DNA from: Paraphysomonas bandaiensis
Lineage: Eukaryota; Protista; Chrysophyceae
NCBI GenBank assembly: GCA_965644295.1
Contig: CBFFRP010000415.1
Span: forward strand, 1 to 37,208
DNA: 37,208 nucleotides
Reading direction: 5' to 3'
Under the pieces are notes generated by a model. That model was given only the letters and a program-made list of their open reading frames with translations, was not told the DNA's origin and did not search any database. Made by a program: the position numbers and the translations under genes. Of the stretch, positions 23,456 through 34,583 are shown in pieces; within the stretch, counting starts at the first letter, position 1, and each line of letters starts with the position of its first letter.

Positions 23456-23668
23456 GCATACAAATATATTTTCCTAGCGATGACGTTTTACGATATAATA
23501 TTAACAGGTGAGGAATTTCGAAAACTATTTGCGCGCGTAATTAGTCAATAGAACAACTTAGTAAAACTATGCAATATATATATTGTACTGCAGTCTGAAC
23601 GTTGAACTCACTTACTAATCAATAAATGAAAGTATCGCTTGTCATTCACTGGTTTATATCATCCCGTA

Positions 23669-24226
23669 TTATATTTAAAGTCTTGTTATTTAGCAATAGG
23701 CGTTAAAGTATTCCTGTATTGAAAGTCTTATTATTAGCAATAGGCGTTAAAAGTCTGCACTAACTTAGTAGCTAGATGAATGCTAGACAAACTAGTTAGA
23801 CCTCTACCTGTAACTAATCAGTACACACTTTTTTTATCCTACTATTTAACGCTACGGAAGCTGCTTGTGCGTCGCCGCAAGCACCAAGGTGCGACCACTT
23901 CCGCTCTGAGTTCTCAAGGTGAACCTCCCGGATGCTTGACTTCAGCAGGCAGCCCAATATCCCGGTTACCCTTCATGTGGGCCCTGTCCCGGATGCCCTT
24001 GAGGTGGGCCCATTCCCGGATGCCTGTTTATTCGTCAGGGCCCAAAGACGTCTACACAAGTGACACTTATTGGCGTCCCTTGTACACCACAAACATTCGG
24101 CATGAGTGGGCAGAAGAATATCTGTTGACTATGTTTGCGGCTCACGTCAGTTTCCCAGAGAGAATCTCTCAGGTACTTATCCCCCACAGAACACCACGAA
24201 ATGGTGCGATTCAGACTTTGTTGAGG
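23669..24226 (-). mobile_element. Full-length short retroposon with 14-bp TSD and duplicated 3' terminus
   Basis: TATATCATCCCGTA (23655-23668) and TATATCATTCCGTA (24227-24240). 5' end CCTCAACAAAGTC; terminal AAAGTCTT...TAGCAATAGGCGTTAAA present twice. Confidence 0.9.
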
Positions 24227-24282
24227 TATATCATTCCGTACCAATCAATAATCAGATCTTAAATAATATAGTCACGATCTTA

Positions 24283-24485
24283 TATATGAAAGTCTTATGA
24301 TCAGCAATAGGCATCGAGAATCAGCACCAAGTAAGTAGCTAGAGATGAAAACTAATTAAGCTACATATAGACTTCTACTTGTAACTAACTAGTACAAATT
24401 CTCATATATCCTACTATATAACAACGCTACTAAAGCGGCTTGTTGGCGCGTCGCCGCAAGCATCAAGGTGCGACCACTTCCGTTC
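24283..24485 (-). mobile_element. Tail-only (5'-truncated) LINE/retroposon copy with perfect 14-bp TSD
   Basis: TAGTCACGATCTTA at 24269-24282 and 24486-24499. Body matches 34397-34583. Confidence 0.9.
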
Positions 24486-25049
24486 TAGTCACGATCTTAA
24501 TCAGTCAAATGTTTGGATGGTTTAAAAGCCTTAATTAACTGAACGAGAGAGAAATATATATTTACTTAATATTTACATAAGCGACTGCCAAACCCTCATG
24601 TTATATTCATCCTCCATTAACCCACAATATGATATATATGCTGCTTGCAAATTACATATTATTATTAATATTCTACTCCCATCATAACAATATATTATTA
24701 TATATTATGATGGAATGAAAAGCATCAACAAGTGGCTCATTGATGTTAGTGCATCCGACAGCAATCATGGCGACGAAATGAAGTAATTGATTTCGCACCG
24801 CGTGTTCTGGACAGGGCCGAGGCCACCATAGAGAGCTATACTTAGTACCTATGAGTCAAACTACTGCCGCAGCTTGATTCGTACCGCAGCACAAGCTTAT
24901 TATGACACCTGATCGTCGAAGCATGAATCTATATCGTCTATAGAATCGTTGCTATTCTTACGAGCAAAATATATTTTGTGGGGCGCTAAAACCCTCCATG
25001 AAGCCTTGCAAGAAGATCCTGTCGTGCCATTAGAGAGCGAGAAGAATGT

Positions 25050-25870
25050 GTTAGAAAATATCATAACTGAACAAGACTTTTACTCTCTATAATACATATC
25101 ATGCTGAGATATTATAACTTATAAACGTATAGTAAAACTAATATCAATACCACTTGTCATTTACTGTCAACTATCGCCAAATTCATTTTGTCTCAACTAC
25201 AAACCATTTCAATAATATTCAATCTTATTATATTACTATCACGACCTTATTATTATATTATATAGTCAACATATTTCAGTTTTACTACTATGATTGCTAC
25301 CATGACATTACTTCTCAGAATACAGTTTACCACTAGTAGTGAATGTCTGATTAAGAGTCAGAACAAACGTAGAGCAAAATAATTTAACTGACTAGTGCTT
25401 AACTCTGATAACCTTTTATTTAGCGCTACGAAAGTTGCTGGAGCGTCACCGCAAGCACCAATGTGCAACCACTTTCGCCCTCTGTCCTTAAGGTGAACAG
25501 CCCGGATGCTTGACTTCAGTAGGCATCCCTATACCCCGGATGCCCTTGAGGTGGGCCCATTTCCGGATACTGATTATTTCTTCAAGGCCCAAAGACGTAT
25601 ACACAATACACAAGTGAAGTGACACTTATTAGTGTCCCTTGTACCAGATAAGCATTAGCCTCTATGAGGGGGCAGAAAATTATTTTCTGACTCTATATGC
25701 GGCCCACGTTAGTTTCCCGGAGAAATATCTCCGGTACTTATCCCCCAGAACACCACCACAATGTGCAAGCCCGATTTTGTTGAGGGCAATATACCAATTC
25801 TACTATCTTCTATTACAGTCATAATTCAATTGCCTTTGATCTACAGCTTTCAATTTTTCTGAAACTCAAC
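25050..25870 (-). repeat. Degenerate LTR-like AT-rich repeat inside the hAT remnant, itself interrupted by a retroposon
   Basis: Patchy similarity to the reverse complement of 29420-29500 and 34640-34730 (ATAATTCAA..TACAGCTTT.AATT..AAACTCAA; ACCATT.CAATA..ATCTTA..CACGA.CTT). Confidence 0.4.
25333..25786 (-). mobile_element. Full-length short retroposon (older copy)
   Basis: Colinear with the other copies from CCCTCAACAAAATCGG to AGACATTCACTACTAG. Possible decayed TSD CAGTTTACCA (25323-25332) / CAATATACCA (25787-25796). Confidence 0.85.
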
Positions 25871-26265
25871 TGGTGATGTGTAGTTAAGAATTTGTATATC
25901 TATCTATTATGAGCGATATTATCTAGTTAGGTATTAATGGGCATTATAATTGCCCATCAATGGGAAATTAATGGTTACCAGGCCCTGCAATAAACCACCC
26001 ATTTTCGCTACAGTAAAGCCAGTTATTATAATTTGGATAACTATTACTTCATTGTACATGTATTTTTTACGCGTTTACAATATATATATCTAAAGGTTTA
26101 CGTATATTCGGAATTCTAAGTAATAGCAAGTGTACTGTGATATTTTCCACAGAATATGCACCGCAACGTTTTGGAAAAACTCCAAATATGCTGAGCTAGC
26201 TATAACCACTTTGCAGTTATATCATGCATAACGAAACGACAAGAGTATAGGAAACAACTATTAGT

Positions 26266-28598
26266 CTATTTACCTTTCTTCGTCTTAATAGCACTGGATG
26301 TTTCTACATACTTTTTGGGAATACCACAGTCTTCAGATATAAACGTTTCTAGTTGGTGCATCCAGTTTCCCTATAAGTATTACAGAATGGTCAGCATCTA
26401 TCAAAGCATATTTCTACACTACACAACCTGTACAATGATTTCCATATCAGTACTCTTTCCAGGAACGGCACTGAGTGTAGTACTGCAAGCAAATCTGAAA
26501 GCAACTCCTTTACCACATACACAAACTAAGACATCAGGACCATCCTACCTCTTCTGGAAATCCTTCGCACATAACTTGGGATGCAATCCGTATGCTTCAA
26601 GGTGCCGCACTCGAGTAACTACCTTATTACCCATTCGTTTTTGAACTTCGATTCGGACCGATGGAGGTCGTCCAACAGATACTGAACTCTCACCTAGGGT
26701 AAATAATAAGTGTGGACGGTTAGGAATTGCGATGTCGATATACTGACAGTCACACACCTGAGGGGAAAACAATGGCATGGTATGGTGTGAGTTTGGCACG
26801 AACACGTGCCATTAGATCCTCCTTGGATATATCCAACTCAACAGGCGGCTCTGCAGGCGTCCGAACTTTTTGAGTGTGGATATGCTGGGGAGGGGGAGGT
26901 GGAAGATCTATAGGTTTCCATTTACTTGTCGACTGACTATTTTGCTGCCGAACTCCTCCCGGCAGGGATGATGAAAGTAGAACACCTGCAACCATTGTAT
27001 ATCCTCCCCAAGAATCTCGCGCATCGTGTTCTTCGTTCTCATCATCCAGTTCTTCGTTCTCATCATCATACTCGCAGTCACTCTTTTCCCTGCCAGCAGC
27101 GTCTACAATAGGTTTGTCCTGGTCAACACGATGCAGTGGTTTCTGCTTTTTGTCGCAAGCAGGCCTTCTGATATATTCGTGAAGAGGGTCATCTACTGGT
27201 ATCAGTACGCGTCGTTCGTCTTCTGGGTGCGTAAGAGATCTTTCTGTGATATGGCGAATCACCAATTCCTGGATCTACATGTACATTTATTACCATACGA
27301 AAAAAGAATGATGCCAGACACTAACCTCTCGTCCAGTGAAACAAACACCGAAGGCTCCTTCTACTGTAGAGAGGGCCAAATTCATAGGACGGGGAAGTTT
27401 ATAAAGCTCAAAAACTCGTAGAACTCCGCTACCTGTCTGAGACGGAGAACCGAATCCGAGAATCATCGCCCGAAACTCCTCAGGACAATCTACCCTCACT
27501 GATTCCTTGTGGGTTTTAAAATGGTCATGTTGTCGCTGAATACATACAAGCTCCCCCACACCATCACCGATCCCGGACACTTCTAATAAACCTTCACCAT
27601 GTAAATGTTCCAAAAAGGAGGAAACTTTCCCAAAAGACGACCGACGTACAGTGAGAGTGGGCTCCCCAGGGAGAGCACAACGACAGACAGTGCTCCAAAG
27701 TGAAGACACTAAAAGTGGAAGGTCGCGATCTTTCAGTATGTACTTAAGCGCACGAAGTGTACAAACCAACATTGCGCGATCCATATCATCACTAGACTCC
27801 ACTATAGATTCAGTCCTTACCCCACCGTGTCGCATGTCCTCATGCTGCTGTTGTTCTTCACATGATGCTTTTTCATCTCCACTCCCTTCCTCTCCATCGC
27901 CCCCTTCGTCCTGCTGAACTCCCTCTACTCGGTGCAGTTGTCTCATGAACCCAGGATTGGGGAAGCATACAGTCTCTTCCACCCCCACACGGCGAACTGA
28001 ACTCCAGAGACAATCACCGAATGTGTGGACAACACTCACAGCTTTCCCTTTGGCCCCTCCACATAGTCCGCCTCCATTAATCACATTTTCCCCACTGACC
28101 TCTGACTTACCCACTGCGAAAGGTAACGGGTTTCCAAGAACACGAATACACACTTTCTCGCCTTCCTCTAAACTTGGTAGGTCTGCAAAAAAAATCATAT
28201 CCGTAACCACACTAGAATTAAGCAACATCCCTACCTTCAATATCGACCACTCCAGGCAACATAAGATCTGCACCCTTCAACAGAAACTCCGATACTGGTA
28301 CATGAATGACCACACAACGCATAATCGATGCAAAATGCCACAAGGCAAATACAGTGGGAAAAATCTCTGTTCTGCCGGCCACATCAAAAAAATAAGGTAT
28401 ATTATCAACCGAATACACTAATGTACGAGATGCATATTTCGTTATGATGACATTCCCTTTCCCTCCAATCACACCACTCAATTGGTCCTCTAAAATCGCC
28501 GGAAAATTGTCCCTGATGGACTGCTGTAGTTTACGGACATCTTTATTTTTCATATGTGACTTCGAGCGCTCCATGAGATCGCCCGACTTTTTGAACAT
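26266..28598 (-). CDS. EIF2D: Eukaryotic translation initiation factor 2D (ligatin), 6 exons (28598-28235, 28182-27326, 27274-26758, 26693-26549, 26494-26428, 26370-26266)
   Basis: MFKK start, pre-PUA (FPTVFALW), PUA (GADLMLPGV), winged-helix region (SSFGKVSSFL), SWIB-like segment and C-terminal SUI1 (RMGNKVVTRVRHLEAYG...KRFACST...EIIVQGN). GT-AG introns keep the frame. Confidence 0.92.
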
Positions 28599-28919
28599 AC
28601 TCTAGAGGGTATGGTATGTCTGCAATAGCAGGAGGAGTGGGGAGGTTCAGGAGAGAGTGGACAATATATGCATATTAACAGCAACAAACATCAGTACTGT
28701 ACTTCAAAAGTACGAGGAACCTACCAGACGATAAAAAAATACAGCAGTATATATACTTGTAGGAATTCCTACCGTAGTGTATATATACTCTGTATATACA
28801 AGGAGAGGCACAGGAAAAGCAGTGTCCTCGTGATTCATCTCGCCTTAAGAGGCTAGCTGACTGGAAGCTGTCACTGCACAGACGGTAGTACCGTTTGACA
28901 GTACCAAATTCGTAGCGGA

Positions 28920-29554
28920 TTCAAGTAGTATTTATGATCAATATTGTGCGAGTTTCAACAGTTTATGAACCTAAAAAAGTAACTTGGTTGTCCACTGGAC
29001 AGCTCTTTTGTTGGTGTGGCAGCACCATATGCGAAACAAAAGTAATCAAGCAGTCCTATTGGATACAGTCGAGAAAGTGGAGTGGAAGCATATCACCACC
29101 GATAGTTTGAATGATTCGATATCCTTGTTGACTCTAGGCTCATCAACATAGATCAATTGGCTGTGTTGACTAGATTGAGATTTCTGAAGATCATGAGAAG
29201 TGTCAGAGGGGATAAGTTTGGTAAATGTGAGGTCCCCCTGTCAAGCTTGTATAGGCGCACGCCCCCAATACAACTCCTGAACAGTATTCAATACCTAATT
29301 TTCAGTTCTGAAGGGGAGTATTAAATCGGCTTTGGATTTAGTTTGTGTTTTGGTGGTTGCGTATCCGTCAGAAATGTCTCGTGTTAGGTAGTACCAATCT
29401 ACTACAACTTTGAGGGGAGTATTGAGTTTTGCTTAATGCAAAGCAATTAAAAGCTGTATTTATAAGGTTTTGAATTATAGCAATAATACGGTATTTACAG
29501 ACAGTTTTATATGAAGTTGATGATATGCTATGAAGTAGCTTAGCAAAACTGAAT
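28920..29554 (+). mobile_element. Deleted Copia-like remnant whose 3' LTR (from 29420) is split by the hAT insertion and resumes at 34640-34787
   Basis: TTTCAACA followed by PBS-like GTTTATGAACC (~28953-28971). PPT GAGGGGAG (29412-29419) precedes TATTGAGTTTTGCTTA, which is shared with 16424-16437. The distal part ends TACAACA at 34787. No coding remnant recognised. Confidence 0.4.
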
Positions 29555-29742
29555 CAGGGCCTGATAATCATTAATGAGCCATTAATGGTAGTCCAGTTCC
29601 CGGCAATTGTAATATTATAATGGCCAGTAATGGCCATTAATACCTACTAACTTAAAGACTTAAAGTAGATAATGATATAATATATAGTGTGGTGCTCCCT
29701 GAATTACTAATTTTTAGTTAAATATCAGACTACAAATTTTAA

Positions 29743-30600
29743 CTACTTCTCGCTCTCCATTAGCACATCAGGTTTTTCTTGCAGGGCTTCATGGATGGTG
29801 TAAGCATCCCCCAACACGACATTGTAATTGGCTCGTAGGAATAGCAACGATTCTAGGCGATATGGATTCATGTTTCTACGCTCAGGTGTGATAATCAACT
29901 TTGCACGACTAAAGAGCCTCTCAACAACATTAGATTGCGCTTCACTATGAAGCAAGCAGCGGTAGTTGGACTCATAGGTACCAAGTCCTGAATACACTGT
30001 GCAAAATCAGTTCCTTCACTCTCGTCCTCGTTTTTTCTGTCGGGTGCACCAACATCAATGATTGATGAATCCAGTTGCAGATGTCTAACTGCTCTTCTCT
30101 CATTGCCAACTCTCTTTCATCGTTCCCTTGAATTTTAGCCACAACCTTCTCAAAATTTGCACTGACAACAATGCTTGCATTCAGGGAAAGGTATGGATGC
30201 AGCTCTCGAAATTCTTGTAGCAGCATATGAAATAACTGGCGGGTTTGGTACAAATTGGTTCCATCTCTTTGTAAGGCGAGCGTAACACTCTGCAATTTTT
30301 CAAGTTATGTCAAATATTGTTAGCTGGAGTAAGAAAGAATCTGGAGTAAGGAGATACTTTTATTCTTATAAAAGACAATAAATCGCCCCGGTGAAGTGTT
30401 TCACTTCCCAAAATTCTCTCGACTTGGCGCCCTCCTTGGTTATATGATTCACACAAGTCGTGTAACTTCGCTTTCTATCTTGTTTAAGGCGATCATTGCA
30501 CAGCGAACAATTATGATACAGACCAGAGGATTCTCTTAATTCACTCGGAAGAAGACTCGGACTGTAAATTACACCACTGTTCAATATATAGCAGTACATG
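29743..30600 (-). pseudogene. hAT transposase remnant
   Basis: SVTLALQRDGTNLYQTRQLF, NFEKVVAKIQ and SNVVERLFSRAKLIITPERRNMNPYRLESLLFLRAN (hAT dimerisation domain), plus a possible BED-finger remnant (CSLC...CVNH). Frameshifted and deleted. Confidence 0.8.
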
Positions 30601-30647
30601 TCATTAATTGGATGCCATTAATGATCCAGTTCCCGCAATTATAATGG

Positions 30648-33600
30648 TTTGGAGACTTAGACGCTGGGGGTCTCACATTCCCATGGACGCCGTTCATGGC
30701 GAACAACATGGAGCCACGCTCGTTGGCAGCCCTTTTAGCTACCGACGGACACTTCCTTGCACAGTTCGTACTAGGATTTGAGGCCGTGAGAGGGATCACA
30801 CAGGGGGGCACCGAATCCACTTGTGCCTGGGTGGCGCTACACGATATCCTTCTTACTTGTGTGGTTAGACCTGGATCTTAGAGCAATCTGTCTTACACCA
30901 GCACCATTCCTACCGACCCCGAACTCAACGAAAAAAGTCTCCTTCGCGGATGACATCACCACTATAGACGTGTCTATCACTCAAGCCCAGGAAACGGCGG
31001 TACGAATGTCGGCGTTCTGCAGCTTCTCGGGAATGGAACTCTCGGTACCTAAAGTTATATGCACTTTTTTCCCTCGCTTACGGGAAAATCTCGCCCAGGT
31101 CAAACAAACCGGACACATTACCTTATACGACTGGAATTGGAGACCCCAAACTGTACCAATTCAAACGACTCATGAATCGATACACTATTTGGGGGCTGAT
31201 CTACCACTAACACCTACAGACACGGACTCATACAATTGGTGTACAAACTACCTAAAGGCAGCGGGCACACACCTTGGGATCAAGCACGCCTCAGCGGGTT
31301 GCAAAGTCATGGTTATAGAGACCCAAATCATCCCCACTCTACTTTACAAGGCCACCAAGGCTTCTTGGTCACTGCAATATTACAAGGACATCGATTCCAC
31401 CTGCGCAACCCTTTACAGGAAAGCACTAAGCCTGAGTCCTGGTTACCCCACGGAATTGATCTACCTCTCTCTCAGGCATAATGGACTTGGAATGAAACGC
31501 TTCTCAGATTCCGCTCAAGAACAAAAATGGGGCTCCCTACAGCGCGCCATAATCCTAGGCGGGGATGCCGGTAACGCAGCGCACTTTCTTCTAACACAGA
31601 CTACCGCTCCGTACCCAAACTACCACCACTTTGCCTTAAGTCTCACACTCCAACAACCCGACATTCCGGAACCTCAAGATACCAACACCCTGACCACCGT
31701 TATTATCCGCACATTAGGACTGGATGATGTAAACGCGGATACTTATCAGGCAATCTTCACGGACGGCTCATACACGCCTACAGCCCTATCCCCGCGCCGC
31801 ATTACGCATGTACTCCCACGCACAAGATGGGCACATTATGGAGGAGCGGCGGCAGTCTGGCTCCCCCCGGAGGATGAATGAAGTAAACAATATGCAAACG
31901 TGGGAAATTTTCAGAAATTTGGGAAATTCTAGTAGATTTTACTAGACTTTTAAGAATTGTTGTAGAATGGTTCTAAAAGTGCTTGAATGCAATAGTATAG
32001 TGTTAATAATTATTTTTATTAATATTTAGGTCCTATAGGACACACCAACAGCACGTTTCCTTTAACCAGTAACTACGTTGAATGCCCTAATACTACTACT
32101 ATAATAGCCATCATAAAACACCAATACACGTCGCGTCACACAAATCCTATGCTAGAGTATTCACTACGTTCAATATATAAGAGGAGGAATCATTCAGTGC
32201 TAGAACACAGCTTCGTCGAAAGATGAGACCTCCCCGTCAAAAACGAAGCAAAGATAGAAAGAAGAGCACGAAGAAGAGCACGAAGAACTCCTACACAGAA
32301 AGTCTTCTTGTGGACACGTTCGTATGGCTTATGAACGTGACAACTTCAAAGCTGAAGCCCAGCTCCTCGAGCTTCAGAATCGGAAGGAGAAGAACAAGGA
32401 ATTCTGTAGAATGTTATTGAATATAGAGAAGAGTAGAGTATGCATTGTATGTTTATTGCTCTTCTTTTCAATAATTATGTGGTGTTATGTTTATACAATG
32501 ACTAGCTAGAACTAGTTTGTAGCTCATTCACGTACATAGCAATCAAACGGTTAGTTGAACCCATTTTTATACTGAAAATAATATTAATTTGCAATATTAG
32601 TCAGTAATATATCAATACAAATGCAGAGAACTATTTATTAGCACTCTAGTAACTAGCTAGCTTTAACAAGGAATGTACGTCAAAAACGTGGGAAATTTTT
32701 TTTCCCACGTTTGCATATTGTTTACTTATGGAAGACCGGTACAACAAAAATACTGCGATTAGAGACACCCTTCAGCGACGTGCCTGAACTTGGCCCGTAT
32801 GCATACGAGCTCATGGGAGCAGCAATGGCGCTTATTATACTGTCTGCGCGACTCCCATCACACATACCGATAAACACTGACTGTAAGGCCGTCTGCATAC
32901 GCACACACGAAGCACTTTCCACCAGACGTCGGGCACTGGGGCATCGTGCCAAAGGTGTACTGCTCGAAAGCATTGCAGCAAACAACGATTGCACAAGGAC
33001 AGTAGCCTGGGTCCGATCACACCCCGAACGACGCACCTCTGATGAGTCTGAATGGACATATGAAGACAAAGGAATTTACATTGCCGACGCAGTAGCAGGA
33101 GAGGACTGGCTTGAGGTAGATCGACTACTCGGCCGACAAAATTACACGGTCTGTATCATAGAAGTGGACCAAGCCATCGAGAGAATACTCACCGAGGGTT
33201 TATGGCACTGACGCCTAACTGGGGAACGACGGTCGTATCGCACTAGCCCCCTGCTCATGGATTTCCAATCCCTCCGTAATCAACGGGCGCTGGAGGCCTA
33301 CACAGCTCTCCGAGACCAACGCTACGGTCACAATCCCGACCGGGCTCCTGGATACTGGAAAGACAGCGGAGCACTACTTCCGCGCAAACTGGCGCAAGCA
33401 GATGGTGGACCATCAAAGGACAAAGTGAGCTCCCAACTGCGCCAACGAGTACTCAATGCAGCACTGACATGGGACAAATCCTTCAGCATAGATAGGAAGA
33501 AACCGGGCGAAAACCAAACACGGACTCGACATGGCTATAGCCGTATGCTCTGACTGTGGATTTAGACTAGACTCACTCAAGCATATGTGTCTAGACTGTA

Positions 33601-34583
33601 CAAACGACATCATCATAACGAACGCAGATAAGGGAGTCTGCATTTCACAGCCACAAAAACGCGCTTCTAGAAGAAATGAGAAATCCGGAACTATCCCAAT
33701 GGACCACCACTGTACTCCAGCGACTCTCCAGCAGGGCCTGGAACCCTTCCGTGCCACAGGTGGAAAGATTCTGGACGGGTACCATCACAACTACACAGCT
33801 TGAAATGGTTTTTGGAGATCACATCCATGAGTCACTGACATCCCAAGCACTGCGCAGCATCGAATCAGCGATCATCAAATTACTTCTACCGCTTTTCGCT
33901 GCAGCAAAGCTCATGATCCAAGATCGAAGTAGAAGATACTTGACCCTACGGAAAGGTCCCCCAAGGCCACTACCGCGGCCGAGTCCAAAACACAGACAGA
34001 AACGGAAACGCCCAAGGGTGCTAAGATTACTAGGAATCCACAGACGAACCGAGACTGGAACACCGCCCACCGCACCTATGAACCCTATCAACCATACACA
34101 AAGGACCATAGCACCGGACCGTATGAAACCAACAGGCCCTAGACAACGGCGACGACGTCTCCGGCAACTCCTCCTATGCCCAACGCCCAAACGGTGCATG
34201 GCGACACCGCCACATTCCACCACACCATCAACCTCTCAGTACACACATCTAGTGCTCGGTACACTCAGGACCTTAATACAGAACCCGGTACCTCAGAGCC
34301 AGGCGGAACCTTATCCCAAGGGGAGACCCCCGGACAACACGCGCCATTGAGTCCTCAGACACACGAGTAGGGCGAACTCACACACAACATCAAGAACGGA
34401 AGTGGTTGCACCTTGGTGCTTGCGGCGACGCACAAGCAGCTTCTGTAGCGTTAAATAGTAGGATAATAGAATTTGTGCTGATTAGTTATGGGTAGAGGTC
34501 TAACTAGTAGACTAGTATTCAACTAGCCACTATATCGGAACGAGTTTTTAACGCCTATTGCTAAATAAAAAGACATTCAATAT
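30648..34583 (+). mobile_element. 5'-truncated non-LTR retrotransposon (LINE) encoding RT C-terminus, RNase H and a CCHC knuckle
   Basis: RT motifs SFADD, HYLG and NGLG. RNase H motifs IFTDGS, YELMGAAMAL, INTDC, WVRSH and GIYIAD. CSDC-x8-H-x4-C. Flanked by ATTATAATGG at 30638-30647 and 34584-34593. Confidence 0.9.
31881..32727. mobile_element. 847-bp non-autonomous TIR element inserted in the LINE RNase H domain
   Basis: Perfect 27-bp TIR AAGTAAACAATATGCAAACGTGGGAAA (31881-31907 / 32701-32727) and 3-bp TSD ATG. Removal restores the frame PPEDE-W-KTGTTKILR. Confidence 0.92.

Larger units (their letters stand above)
24760..25987 (+). mobile_element. 5'-truncated hAT remnant of the same family as 29555-34631, interrupted by other insertions
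   Basis: 24845-25045 is homologous to the reverse complement of 29745-29985 (transposase C-terminus). Ends ...ATTAATGGTTACCAGGCCCTG (TIR) at 25987; left TIR not found. Confidence 0.75.

Noticed and set aside
23925-24025. CCCGGATGC repeats as a CRISPR-like array
   Set aside because: The units are short, the spacers are related to each other, the context is eukaryotic and there are no cas genes; they are internal retroposon repeats.
23780-24262. 160-aa ORF and related short ORFs at 18532-18732 and 25639-25824
   Set aside because: They lie within the retroposon copies and the frames are not conserved between copies.
25755-25790. GTGCAAGCCCGATTTTGTTGAGGG resembling a twister ribozyme 3' half
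   Set aside because: The P4, P2 and pseudoknot partners are missing, and it is on the antisense strand of the element.
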